Origin: Nostoc punctiforme PCC 73102
GTDB taxonomy: Bacteria; Cyanobacteriota; Cyanobacteriia; Cyanobacteriales; Nostocaceae
Direction: 5' to 3'
NCBI RefSeq assembly: GCF_000020025.1
Contig: NC_010628.1
Coordinates: 5,790,001 to 5,822,000, forward strand
Length of the DNA: 32,000 nucleotides
A program made the translations under genes and the position numbers. Within the stretch, counting starts at the first letter, position 1. Every line of letters begins with the position of its first letter. This document shows positions 6,968-15,481 of the stretch, piece after piece. Under the pieces are notes generated by a model. That model saw only the letters and a list, made by a program, of their open reading frames with translations. It searched no databases and was not told the origin of the DNA.

Positions 6968-8201
6968 CTTTGAGGTTGCACAACACGATCCCTTTGCAGC
7001 CTTTAAGTTTCGAGACTATCGGCTATTTACCATTGGACGGCTGGTGCTGTTCGTGGGGTCGCAAATGCAAACTGTAGCTATCGGCTGGGAACTCTATGAG
7101 CGGACTAACTCAGCGATCGCTTTAGGTGGTGTAGGACTGGCACAAGTCCTACCAATGATTATTCTCACCTTAATTGCCGGAGATGTTGCCGATCGCCGCG
7201 ATCGCAAAGTGACCATGTTACTCTCGGTAATGTTGCTAGCCCTCTGCTCCCTAGCTTTAGGGGTACTTTCCTATACTCAGGGTGCAATTTTTCTAATTTA
7301 CGCCTGCTTAGTATTAACAGGTGTCGCTAGGGCATTCCTCAAACCTGCCAGTGATGCTCTGATGTGGCAGTTGATACCTGTCAGTGCTTTTACCAATGCA
7401 GCTACTTGGAATAGTAGTAGCTTTCAATTGGCTGCTGTTATTGGCCCAGCCTTTGGGGGATTCGGGATTGCGCTACTAGGAAGTGCTACAGGAGTTTATC
7501 TATTAGCAGCGATCGCAGCGTTACTGTGTTTTATTTTAACGCTGGCGATCAAACAGCAAAAAGTCATCCGTAAAACTGAGCCAATTTCACTCAAAGCGCT
7601 CTCAGCCGGTGCTAAGTTTGTTTGGCAGAATCAGTTAATTTTAGCAGCGATTACATTAGATATGTTTGCTGTATTGTTGGGTGGTGCGATCGCGCTTCTC
7701 CCCATTTTTGCCAAAGATATTTTACACGTGGGACCAGTGGAGTTGGGATATCTACAAGCAGCCCACTCCATCGGTGCTTTGACTATGGCTATCACCCTGG
7801 CGTATTTACCACCGTTACGCAAAGCAGGCCCAGCCTTATTGTGGTCAGTGGTTGGCTTTGGAGTTGTAACAATTATCTTTGGACTTTCTCGTTCCTTTTG
7901 GCTGTCTATGTTGATGCTGATCCTTGGTGGCGCACTAGATAGTATTAGCGTTGTGATTCGCCATACACTAGTTCAAATCAGAACACCCGATCATTTGCGT
8001 GGTCGGGTTGCTGCTATTAATAGCGTGTTTATTAGTGCCTCGAATGAGTTGGGGGGCTTTGAGTCCGGCTTGACTGCTGCTTTATTTGGCCCAGTGATTT
8101 CCGTTGTGGGTGGTGGAATTGGCACAATTGTAGTGGTGATTGCTACGGCAATGATTTGGCCAGGAATTCGTAAGTTAGGAGCTTTGCAAGAGTATAAATA
8201 A
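6933..8201 (+). CDS. MFS transporter (MFS_3 / EntS-like efflux type)
   Basis: 422 aa with about 12 hydrophobic segments. N-terminal FRDYRLFTIGRLVLFVGSQMQTVAIGWELY is typical of this MFS subgroup. It overlaps marR by 35 nt. Confidence 0.85.
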   Translation: MSSRKQNSKPHNFEVAQHDPFAAFKFRDYRLFTIGRLVLFVGSQMQTVAIGWELYERTNSAIALGGVGLAQVLPMIILTLIAGDVADRRDRKVTMLLSVMLLALCSLALGVLSYTQGAIFLIYACLVLTGVARAFLKPASDALMWQLIPVSAFTNAATWNSSSFQLAAVIGPAFGGFGIALLGSATGVYLLAAIAALLCFILTLAIKQQKVIRKTEPISLKALSAGAKFVWQNQLILAAITLDMFAVLLGGAIALLPIFAKDILHVGPVELGYLQAAHSIGALTMAITLAYLPPLRKAGPALLWSVVGFGVVTIIFGLSRSFWLSMLMLILGGALDSISVVIRHTLVQIRTPDHLRGRVAAINSVFISASNELGGFESGLTAALFGPVISVVGGGIGTIVVVIATAMIWPGIRKLGALQEYK

Positions 8202-8246
8202 ATTTAATGTGTCGCGGAAGTCCCCACCTTGTTTTCCATAGATAAT

Positions 8247-8310
8247 AAAAATCTCATCCTATGCAAGAGTTACAAAAATTGTTATCTCTTGCTTGGATGG
8301 GATTTTTGTT
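8247..8310 (+). terminator. Long imperfect hairpin plus T-run after the MFS gene
   Basis: AAAATCTCATCCTATGCAAGAG (8247-8269) pairs with CTCTTGCTTGGATGGGATTTT (8286-8306), followed by TTTTTGTTT. Confidence 0.55.
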
Positions 8311-8408
8311 TAGTGAAAGTTGCACATCACGTAATTAAAAGATAGAGCAACCCAGACTTTTGGAATTATGTATAACTTGAATTTGCCCTTCTAGTTATAC
8401 AATTGCCA

Positions 8409-8870
8409 CTAAGCAGTTGGGTCACCACCAAAACTTGGTATACCGCCTCCGGTTGGAATACCAAATATAGAAGGGTCGAAGCTGCCTTCAGTTGGAATAT
8501 CAAACTTAGAAGGGTCGAAGCTATCAGCCGTTGGAATCCCAAAGCTACCCAAATTAAAGCCGCCTTCAGTTGGGATACCATACTTAGTAGGATCGAAGCT
8601 ACCTTCAGTTGGGATACCATACTTAGTAGGATCGAAGCTACCTTCAGTTGGAATACCATACTTAGTAGGATCGAAGCTGCCTTCTTTCGGAATACCATAC
8701 TTAGTAGGATCGAAGCTACCTTCTTTTGGAATACCATACTTATCAAGATCAAAGCTCTCAGCCGTTGGGATGCCAAAAGCACCTCCAGGTGCAAAAGGAT
8801 CGCTGAGGTTGCTAGCCTGACCACCATCATTAACGAGATTATTAAAAACAGAATTTGAATCAGATGCCAT
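8409..8870 (-). CDS. Repeat protein, about 9 tandem 13-aa units with consensus GIPTEGSFDPTKY
   Basis: AGGAGG lies 9 nt upstream of the ATG at 8870, and this is the only one of three overlapping open frames with an RBS. No signal peptide or hydrophobic segment is present. No family is recognised. Confidence 0.7.
   Translation of the reverse strand: MASDSNSVFNNLVNDGGQASNLSDPFAPGGAFGIPTAESFDLDKYGIPKEGSFDPTKYGIPKEGSFDPTKYGIPTEGSFDPTKYGIPTEGSFDPTKYGIPTEGGFNLGSFGIPTADSFDPSKFDIPTEGSFDPSIFGIPTGGGIPSFGGDPTA
8446..8760. repeat. 39-bp tandem repeat array inside the repeat-protein gene
   Basis: Unit starts at 8563, 8602, 8641, 8680 and 8719 are exactly 39 bp apart. Central units are identical or differ by 1-3 bases. 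Confidence 0.9.
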
Positions 8871-9096
8871 TAGAGTTAATCCTCCTATTAGGACATAAAT
8901 GTTGCTTCATTAATAAATGTCAAAAAGCACAATTAAGCTTTATCTGTAGCTTTTTTATTGTTTTTTTAATTGCTAATCTTGAGCTTTTCGGACTAAATCA
9001 CAGAGTGTTTTTATGAAAAAATTACTGCCCAAAAAACTGTGATTTGCCCTGGTCATATTAATAAACATAAAAAAAGTAACTTGTTTTTACAATGCA

Positions 9097-9159
9097 AAAT
9101 CTTTAGATGCTTGTGTCAAATGTTTAGATGCCTATGTCAAATCTTTAGATACTTTTACT
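9097..9159. promoter_or_regulatory. Three tandem 21-bp direct repeats (AAATSTTTAGATRCYTDTRTC)
   Basis: Units start at 9097, 9118 and 9139, an exact 21-bp period (two helical turns). They lie about 230-290 bp upstream of the repeat-protein start in an ORF-free AT-rich region. Confidence 0.45.
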
Positions 9160-9425
9160 AATGCAATTTGCAGGGTAAGATCATGTAAATTGGTATAAAT
9201 CGGACTTGACAAATGGGCATCACAAGTAAAAAGACAACAATGCTGTTTTAAAAAATTCAAGGAGCAGATTACTTCTATAGCAATCCGATTTGATTATGTG
9301 AAAAAATCTGGATAGATGTAGAGTGCGTTAGGAGGGAGTCCGTAACGCACCAAAGTCTTTGGATTGTAGATTTATCTTTAAGAGGATGTTTGAAAAGTGG
9401 TTGGCTGTGATTTTAGGTACTTATT

Positions 9426-9613
9426 GATCCCCCCTAACCCCCCTTAAAAAAGGGGGAATCGGAATCAAAGTCCCCCTTTTTAAGGGGAGCCAGTGCGGTC
9501 TTCTCCCAAAGGGAGAGGCTAGCGCCTTTCCTTCGGAACGCTACGCGAACGCGGAGCGTCTCGTAGAGAAGGGGGTTTCCCCCATGAGCAACTGGCGTGG
9601 ATTTAGGGGGATC
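9426..9613. repeat. Nested MITE-like cyanobacterial repeat element
   Basis: The outer inverted ends are GATCCCCCCTAA (9426-9437) and TTAGGGGGATC (9603-9613). Internal G5/C5 hairpins are CCCCCTTAAAAAAGGGGG and TCCCCCTTTTTAAGGGGA. An inner GC-rich segment (GCCAGT...ACTGGC, about 9490-9596) looks inserted into the outer element. Confidence 0.7.
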
Positions 9614-9660
9614 TAGAACGTTTTATTACCGATCAGAGGACTTTTAAAACAGCCTCTAAT

Positions 9661-9753
9661 AGGACTTACGCAAAATATCTCTCAAACTCTGGTTTTTCAG
9701 TGTACTCTGCGCCTCTGGGTCTATGTTATTCCGTAACTCTTGCGTAAATCCTA
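9661..9753. repeat. Hairpin-ended short repeat element abutting the recN stop codon
   Basis: AGGACTTACGCAA (9661-9673) and TTGCGTAAATCCT (9741-9753) are inverted, 12/13. It contains CTCTGCGCCTCTG (9705-9717), the reverse complement of the CAGAGGCGCAGAG motif seen at 25871, 26284 and 27642. Confidence 0.65.
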
Positions 9754-9754
9754 T

Positions 9755-11503
9755 TTAATTTTTAATTTTTTGACGATGGTTAGCAGCTTGCAATAACAAA
9801 GATTCGGCAAAAGCGATCGCGTCACTTGCAGATTTACCACCAGCTAACTGTGCTAATTCTTCCCGGCGAGTGGTTAAATTATCCAAGGTAGTAACTCTGA
9901 CAACAGTACGCTGCTCGGAATTTTCATTGTTAGCTTTTTTACCTTTGCCTTGATTGATAGTTTGCTTATCGACGCGGAAATGGCGATCAGCCATTGCCGC
10001 AACTAAAGGCTGGTGGGTAACACACAATACCTGATTGCGTTGACTTAGCTGGTGTAATTTTTCCGCGATCGCTTGGGCGACTCTTCCCGAAACCCCAACA
10101 TCAATTTCATCAAAAACCATTGTCCCAGCCACATCAACCTGAGAAAAACAAGCTTTCAGCGCTAGTAAAAAGCGGCTCATTTCTCCGCCAGAGGCAACTT
10201 CCGTTAAAGGTTGCAGTGGTTCTCCAGGGTTAGAACTAAATGTAAAGGTAATTTTATCTGCTCCCATAACAGTGGGGAAGGTAGGCACTATCTCAACCAA
10301 AAACTTCACCTTTTCCATCGCTAAAGGCTTGAGTTCAGCGATCAAACGTGATTCTAAATTAGCAGCCGCCTTACTCCGCAATTGAGTTAACTGATTAGTT
10401 GCTTGGGTGAGTTTTTCAAAACACGCTTTTTCTTGCTGTTCTAAATTTTCAATAGATTGTTCGCTGTCATTAAGTTGCGCTAATTCCCCTTGGATACGTT
10501 GGTAATAAGCGATCGCTTCTGTAAGTGTCGGCCCATACTTGCGGCAAATTTGCTTTAATTCTTGAATCCGTTCTTCCACCTCTTCCAATCGCTGCGGATC
10601 GGCTTCCAAACCATCCCCATAAGCATTAATCTGTCTTCCCACTTCCATCACCGCAGCTTGCGCGTCCCTAACCAATTCCAACAGGTGTTGTAGTTGGGTA
10701 TCGTACTCCACCATGTCATTTAATGTAGCTTCACTGTCTCCCAGTAAATCTGCTGCGGCTGGAGTCTCATTGTCGTTTTGATACAAAGCTTGATAGACCT
10801 TGTAACTCATCTGTTGCAAATCGACGACATGATTCAGACGTTCTCGTTCTTGTCCCAACTGTTCCAATTCATTAGGTTCATTGAGATTAGCTGCTCCCAA
10901 TTCCTGCACTTGATAAGTGAGCAAATCTAGTTGTTGCAACCGTTCCCGTTCTGATGTCCGGCGTTTTTCTAATGCTAAATGCGCCTGTTGGTAAGTATTA
11001 AAACTCGTAGCGACTTTATGACGCTGCTGCATTAAAGAGTCACCGCCATATAAATCTAACCAGTCGCGGACTTGGGCAGATTGTCCCACTTGTACCGTTT
11101 GACCTTGGGCTGTGATTTCCACCAAGCGATCGCGCATTCCTCCCATAATCTGCCGATTTACCAACACGCCATTCACCCGCGATCGACTGCGGATATTAGT
11201 AGCAGTGGCTGTGATTTCTCGGCTAATAACTACGGAATTTTCATCAAGCAAATCTATTTCTTGTTCAGTCAACCAAGCCGCTAGGGGGGGATTTGAGGTA
11301 AAAGTTGCTTCTACCATCGCTCGACTTGTCCCTGTGCGAATAACTCGACTAGAGACTTTACCGCCTAAAGCAGCATCAATGGCATCCAAAATAATCGATT
11401 TTCCAGCGCCGGTTTCACCTGTCAGCACATTTAGTCCCGCGCCAAATTCCAATTCCAGTTGGTCAATTAAGGCAAAGTTTTCAATTCGCAGGCAAAGCAA
11501 CAT
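9755..11503 (-). CDS. recN: DNA repair protein RecN
   Basis: It reads MLLCLRIENFALIDQLELEFGAGLNVLTGETGAGKSI (SMC-type Walker A), then long coiled coils, then C-terminal SGGEMSRFLLALK and MVFDEIDVGVSG. The ATG at 11503 is preferred over the 27-codon extension in the ORF track. Confidence 0.95.
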   Translation of the reverse strand: MLLCLRIENFALIDQLELEFGAGLNVLTGETGAGKSIILDAIDAALGGKVSSRVIRTGTSRAMVEATFTSNPPLAAWLTEQEIDLLDENSVVISREITATATNIRSRSRVNGVLVNRQIMGGMRDRLVEITAQGQTVQVGQSAQVRDWLDLYGGDSLMQQRHKVATSFNTYQQAHLALEKRRTSERERLQQLDLLTYQVQELGAANLNEPNELEQLGQERERLNHVVDLQQMSYKVYQALYQNDNETPAAADLLGDSEATLNDMVEYDTQLQHLLELVRDAQAAVMEVGRQINAYGDGLEADPQRLEEVEERIQELKQICRKYGPTLTEAIAYYQRIQGELAQLNDSEQSIENLEQQEKACFEKLTQATNQLTQLRSKAAANLESRLIAELKPLAMEKVKFLVEIVPTFPTVMGADKITFTFSSNPGEPLQPLTEVASGGEMSRFLLALKACFSQVDVAGTMVFDEIDVGVSGRVAQAIAEKLHQLSQRNQVLCVTHQPLVAAMADRHFRVDKQTINQGKGKKANNENSEQRTVVRVTTLDNLTTRREELAQLAGGKSASDAIAFAESLLLQAANHRQKIKN

Positions 11504-11636
11504 CAAGCCAAATTCTCCATAAGGGCAGATGCCGGATACTTCTAATTTACAGGACAATAAGTATGATTTTCCAACAACTAGCAATACCTAATACTATATG
11601 AACTAGTATGCCCGTTTAAGTGTAGCAAACCTTTGA

Positions 11637-11717
11637 GTAATGGGTAATGGATAATGGGTAATAGAAAAAATTAGTTGAACCCTACTAATTTCTAATCCCC
11701 AATACCCCATTCCCAAT
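11637..11717. repeat. Heptamer run (GTAATGG x4) plus its imperfect inverted partner; composite palindromic element
   Basis: GTAATGG GTAATGG ATAATGG GTAATAG lies at 11637-11664, with an inner stem AATTAGT/ACTAATT. CTAATCCCCAATACCCCATTCCCAATT (11692-11717) is the imperfect reverse complement. It lies in the recN / ABC1-kinase divergent intergenic region. Confidence 0.7.
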
Positions 11718-11761
11718 TCGTAAAGATATTGTTACAATACTTAATGTGATCGTTCTGACTG

Positions 11762-13765
11762 GTGGCCTTTTTCATGATTGTTAAGACACTTCCCCCTAGT
11801 TCTCGACCGATTCAGGAGGATAGTCGCAACGGCACAAGTAGCCGAAGCGAACTGGACGTTATAGATATAGTGCCAGAAGAAAATGGTACACCGAGCTTAG
11901 TTGTACGTTCGCCAAGACTCTTAGCAGCCCAAAAGATCGGGGCAACAGCCGAACCTGAGACGCTTTACGATCCCGTGAGCATAGCCGCGCATTATCAAAA
12001 CAGACCCCTGCAAGTTTTACGGCGGATTTTCGCCGTGTTGGGGCCGACTTTATCCTTTGCTTTTGGGTTGTGGTCGGATAGTAAACGGGGAATTGTCGTC
12101 AAAAATGACCGCCGCCGAGCCACTCAGCTTCGAGTATTGCTGACTCAACTGGGGCCTGCTTATATCAAAATTGGACAAGCTTTGTCCACTAGACCGGATC
12201 TCGTTCCTACCGTATATCTAGAAGAATTAACCAAGCTACAAGACCAATTACCACCTTTTCCTAACGAACTTGCTTACCAGTTTATCCAAGAAGAACTAGG
12301 CGCACCTCCAGAAGAGGTTTACGCTGAACTCTCGGCCCAGCCAATTGCTGCGGCTTCCTTGGGACAAGTATATAAAGGTAAGCTAAAAAGTGGTGAAGAA
12401 GTTGCCGTAAAAGTCCAACGCCCCGACTTAAGAGAGCGAATCACCATAGACTTGTATATCTTGCGTAACATCGCTGCTTGGGTGCAGAAAACAGTCAAAC
12501 GGGTAAGAAGTGATTTAGTTGGGATTCTCGATGAATTAGGCGATCGCATCTTTGAAGAGATGGACTATATTCACGAAGGTGAAAACGCCGAAAGATTTTT
12601 CGAGTTGTACGGTCATATAAAAGACATCTACGTACCGAAAATTTACTGGGAATATACCAATCGTCGCGTTTTGACGATGGAATGGATTAACGGTATTAAA
12701 CTAACCCAGACAGAAGAAATTAGTGCCCAAGGCATAGATGCTCGTTATCTCATTGAAGTGGGTGTCCAGTGTTCCTTGCGCCAGTTGCTAGAACATGGAT
12801 TTTTCCACGCCGATCCCCACCCTGGTAATTTATTAGCAACACCAGATGGTAAATTGGCTTATCTCGACTTCGGAATGATGAGCGAGATTAAGCCACCACA
12901 GCGTTATGGTTTAATTGAAGCGATCGTCCACGTCGTCAACCGCGACTTTGAAGGATTAGCAAAAGACTACGTTAAATTAGATTTCTTATCACCAGAAACC
13001 GATTTAACACCAATTATTCCAGCTTTTGCCAGAGTCTTTGCTGATGCCCAAGGAGCCAGTGTTGCCGACCTTAACATTAAAAGCATCACCGATGAACTAT
13101 CGGCTTTGATGTATGAGTATCCTTTCCGCGTACCGCCCTACTACGCCTTGATTATTCGTTCCCTTGTTACTCTCGAAGGGATTGCAATATTTATAGATCC
13201 CAACTTTAAAGTCCTCAGCGAAGCTTATCCCTACGTTTCTAAACGCCTGTTAACAGACCAAGCACCGCAATTAAGAGCATCATTGCAAGATTTGCTATTT
13301 AAAGATGGCAGATTTCGCTGGAATCGCTTAGAGAACTTGTTACGTAATGCACGTAACAGTCAAGACTACGACTTCAACTTAGTGCTGAATCAAGGGATAG
13401 AATTTCTGTCATCTGAACGTGGTGCTTTTATCCTTGATAAGCTAGTAGATGAATCTGTTAATGGACTCGATGCTTTAAGTAAAAACGTTTTGCATAACTT
13501 CACCTCCCTCTTACGGGAAAGAGTTGGATTAACAGCTGTTAATGAAGCTCCAGCAGCGACAGTTGAGCAACAACAAACTTTGGAGCATATCAAACATATA
13601 TTAGGTATTCTCCGAGAAACACGAGGCTTTGACCCACTGCAACTTGCGACTCAAATTTCTCAGTTATTGGTAAATTCAGATGTACAACGTTTAGGTCAAC
13701 AAATTGCCAACCGCTTCACGCAAAAAGCTATAGCTAGATTGATTCGGCAATTATTGGCATCGTAG
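11762..13765 (+). CDS. ABC1 (UbiB/AarF) family atypical protein kinase
   Basis: Motifs include LGPAYIKIGQALSTRPDLVP, AAASLGQVYKGKL..GEEVAVKVQRP and FFHADPHPGNLL...LAYLDFGMM. The start could be GTG 11762 or ATG 11774. Confidence 0.9.
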   Translation: MAFFMIVKTLPPSSRPIQEDSRNGTSSRSELDVIDIVPEENGTPSLVVRSPRLLAAQKIGATAEPETLYDPVSIAAHYQNRPLQVLRRIFAVLGPTLSFAFGLWSDSKRGIVVKNDRRRATQLRVLLTQLGPAYIKIGQALSTRPDLVPTVYLEELTKLQDQLPPFPNELAYQFIQEELGAPPEEVYAELSAQPIAAASLGQVYKGKLKSGEEVAVKVQRPDLRERITIDLYILRNIAAWVQKTVKRVRSDLVGILDELGDRIFEEMDYIHEGENAERFFELYGHIKDIYVPKIYWEYTNRRVLTMEWINGIKLTQTEEISAQGIDARYLIEVGVQCSLRQLLEHGFFHADPHPGNLLATPDGKLAYLDFGMMSEIKPPQRYGLIEAIVHVVNRDFEGLAKDYVKLDFLSPETDLTPIIPAFARVFADAQGASVADLNIKSITDELSALMYEYPFRVPPYYALIIRSLVTLEGIAIFIDPNFKVLSEAYPYVSKRLLTDQAPQLRASLQDLLFKDGRFRWNRLENLLRNARNSQDYDFNLVLNQGIEFLSSERGAFILDKLVDESVNGLDALSKNVLHNFTSLLRERVGLTAVNEAPAATVEQQQTLEHIKHILGILRETRGFDPLQLATQISQLLVNSDVQRLGQQIANRFTQKAIARLIRQLLAS

Positions 13766-13769
13766 TAAG

Positions 13770-13804
13770 AGTTATGAGTTAAAAAATTTCTTTAACTCAT
13801 AACT
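13770..13804. terminator. Perfect 14-bp hairpin between convergent genes (possible bidirectional terminator)
   Basis: AGTTATGAGTTAAA (13770-13783) pairs with TTTAACTCATAACT (13791-13804) over a 7-nt loop. No clean U-tract follows on either strand. Confidence 0.45.
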
Positions 13805-13919
13805 TATTAACATTCGCAACTATAGGACTCCGATTTGATTTCTGAAAACATACTGAGACTGAAAAGCCCATTTTCTCAGGTTTTTATCTGAAATATTGTT
13901 CAAAAATCAGATATGAGTT

Positions 13920-14453
13920 CTATATATAACCCAGCTCTTCCAGCTTTTCTAAAACTTTAGTTGCACTTTGGTAAAGGGTTTCTTGGTTAGTTTTGCATTC
14001 GACTTCAGGACGGAGTGGTATTTCATAAGGATCATCAATACCGGTGAAGTTCTTAATTTCCCCCATTCTGGCTTTTTTATATAACCCTTTTACGTCTCGC
14101 TGTTCACAAACTTCTAATGATGCATTGACGTATACTTCAATGAAACTTGGAATATTTTGGCGCACTTCTTCTCGAACCTTACGGTAAGGAGAAATGGTTG
14201 AAACCAAAACAATTACATTATTTCTTGCAAGAAGATGAGCCACAAAGCCAATACGCCGAATATTCTCTTCTCGATCCTCTTTACTGAAACTCAACCCTTT
14301 GCATAGATTTTGACGTACCGCATCACCATCTAGAACTTCAACTCTGTATCCCTGTATCCGCAGTTCCTTTTCCACGAATTGACAGATAGTAGTTTTCCCT
14401 GCACCACTTAAACCAGTGAACCATACTGTCACCCCAGGCTCTTGTTGTCTCAT
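13920..14453 (-). CDS. cysC: Adenylyl-sulfate (APS) kinase
   Basis: It reads VWFTGLSGAGKTT P-loop, LDGDAVRQNL, and FIEVYVNASLEVCEQRDVKGLYKKAR. ATG 14453 has GGAGG upstream and is preferred over the track start at 14489. Confidence 0.92.
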   Translation of the reverse strand: MRQQEPGVTVWFTGLSGAGKTTICQFVEKELRIQGYRVEVLDGDAVRQNLCKGLSFSKEDREENIRRIGFVAHLLARNNVIVLVSTISPYRKVREEVRQNIPSFIEVYVNASLEVCEQRDVKGLYKKARMGEIKNFTGIDDPYEIPLRPEVECKTNQETLYQSATKVLEKLEELGYI

Positions 14454-15481
14454 CCTACCTCCGCAGTACACTTCAAATGCCACACCCAAAAAAAGCTTTC
14501 TTTGGGTAATTTATGATCAAATAACAATTTTATTTTGATTAGTATTATCTCTTTGAAAATGACTTGTAAAATCTCTTTTTTCTGTCTGTGGTTAAAAAGT
14601 CTTTATCTAACCCTATAAACCCAGATAACACAGAGTTAATAGGTTAAAGAGGAGGTTATTAAGCAAAAATTTTACCCACCTTGAAAGGGCTAAACCTATT
14701 TATAATCCTTTTTTAGTTTTAGCAAAAAGTTCAGGCATTCTTTAGTGCTAAATGTGATTTTTAATACTTATGTTTTTAGTAATTTTGAGCTAATTAATTG
14801 TACTTATACGTATTCCGGCTTCCTACCTAGTACATCGGCTGATGATGATTTCTACGATGTTTTACTTAGTCATTTTTCTAACTCTAACACTTCTCGTCCA
14901 TACGAAAAAAACTGCCGTTCCAGGCTTCAAATTGTTAAAGTTTTGAATAAGTTTAATCTCCAGTATATATACAGATTTTATTTAAAGAAATAGTCTTTAT
15001 TATAACAATAGTCAGCAAAATAAGACTTACCACTAGGAAGTTATAGAAAACTAAGTTCAAAATGTTTACAAAGATCAGATTCGGTACAGCTTTATAGCAG
15101 TGTGACGTGTTATCTGTGAGCGATTCCTTTATTTAGGCGCTGTTCCTGATACAGGTTTATTTATTAACAATCATGGCAAGACTAGTGGTCTATGTCACTG
15201 ATTTTGATGGGTTAGTAGTGAGCGATCTCTCGCTCAATTTTAAGGACCAGAGCCATTGATTGCTCATGACAGGCTCTCAAGAACTTTATGATGTGCAGTT
15301 TTTGGTGTAGAGCGTCCGATCCTTTTGAATTAGGAACGAAAAGAAATCCTCCAAGCATTTACTCTACCAGAGTTGAATTGCTGGGTGCGATCGAGTGCAG
15401 TAACTCCTAATTACTAAAGAATCCGCCTCATTAGAGCGTAATTGTTGAAATCAAATTTTTAGTTTTTTCAGAGGTTTTTTC

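Noticed and set aside
5604-8000. Short alternative-frame ORFs inside the efflux genes (5604-5861 minus, 6033-6260 plus, 7622-7942 plus, 7631-7822 minus).
   Set aside because: They are fully embedded in well-supported CDSs and show no independent signals.
8366-8858. Two further open frames across the 39-bp repeat array (8366-8830 minus, 8403-8858 plus).
   Set aside because: They are open only because the repeat unit lacks stops in those frames. Neither has an RBS, whereas the 8409-8870 frame has AGGAGG at ideal spacing.
11504-11584. A 27-codon N-terminal extension of recN.
   Set aside because: RecN proteins begin at the ML..L.I.NFA motif. The extension (MLVVGKSYLLSCKLEVSGICPYGEFGL) has no counterpart.
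14745-14993. An 82-aa ORF in the AT-rich region upstream of the RTX gene.
   Set aside because: It has no SD. Its composition is driven by AT-rich DNA (Asn/Phe/Tyr/Leu rich). No similarity is recognised.
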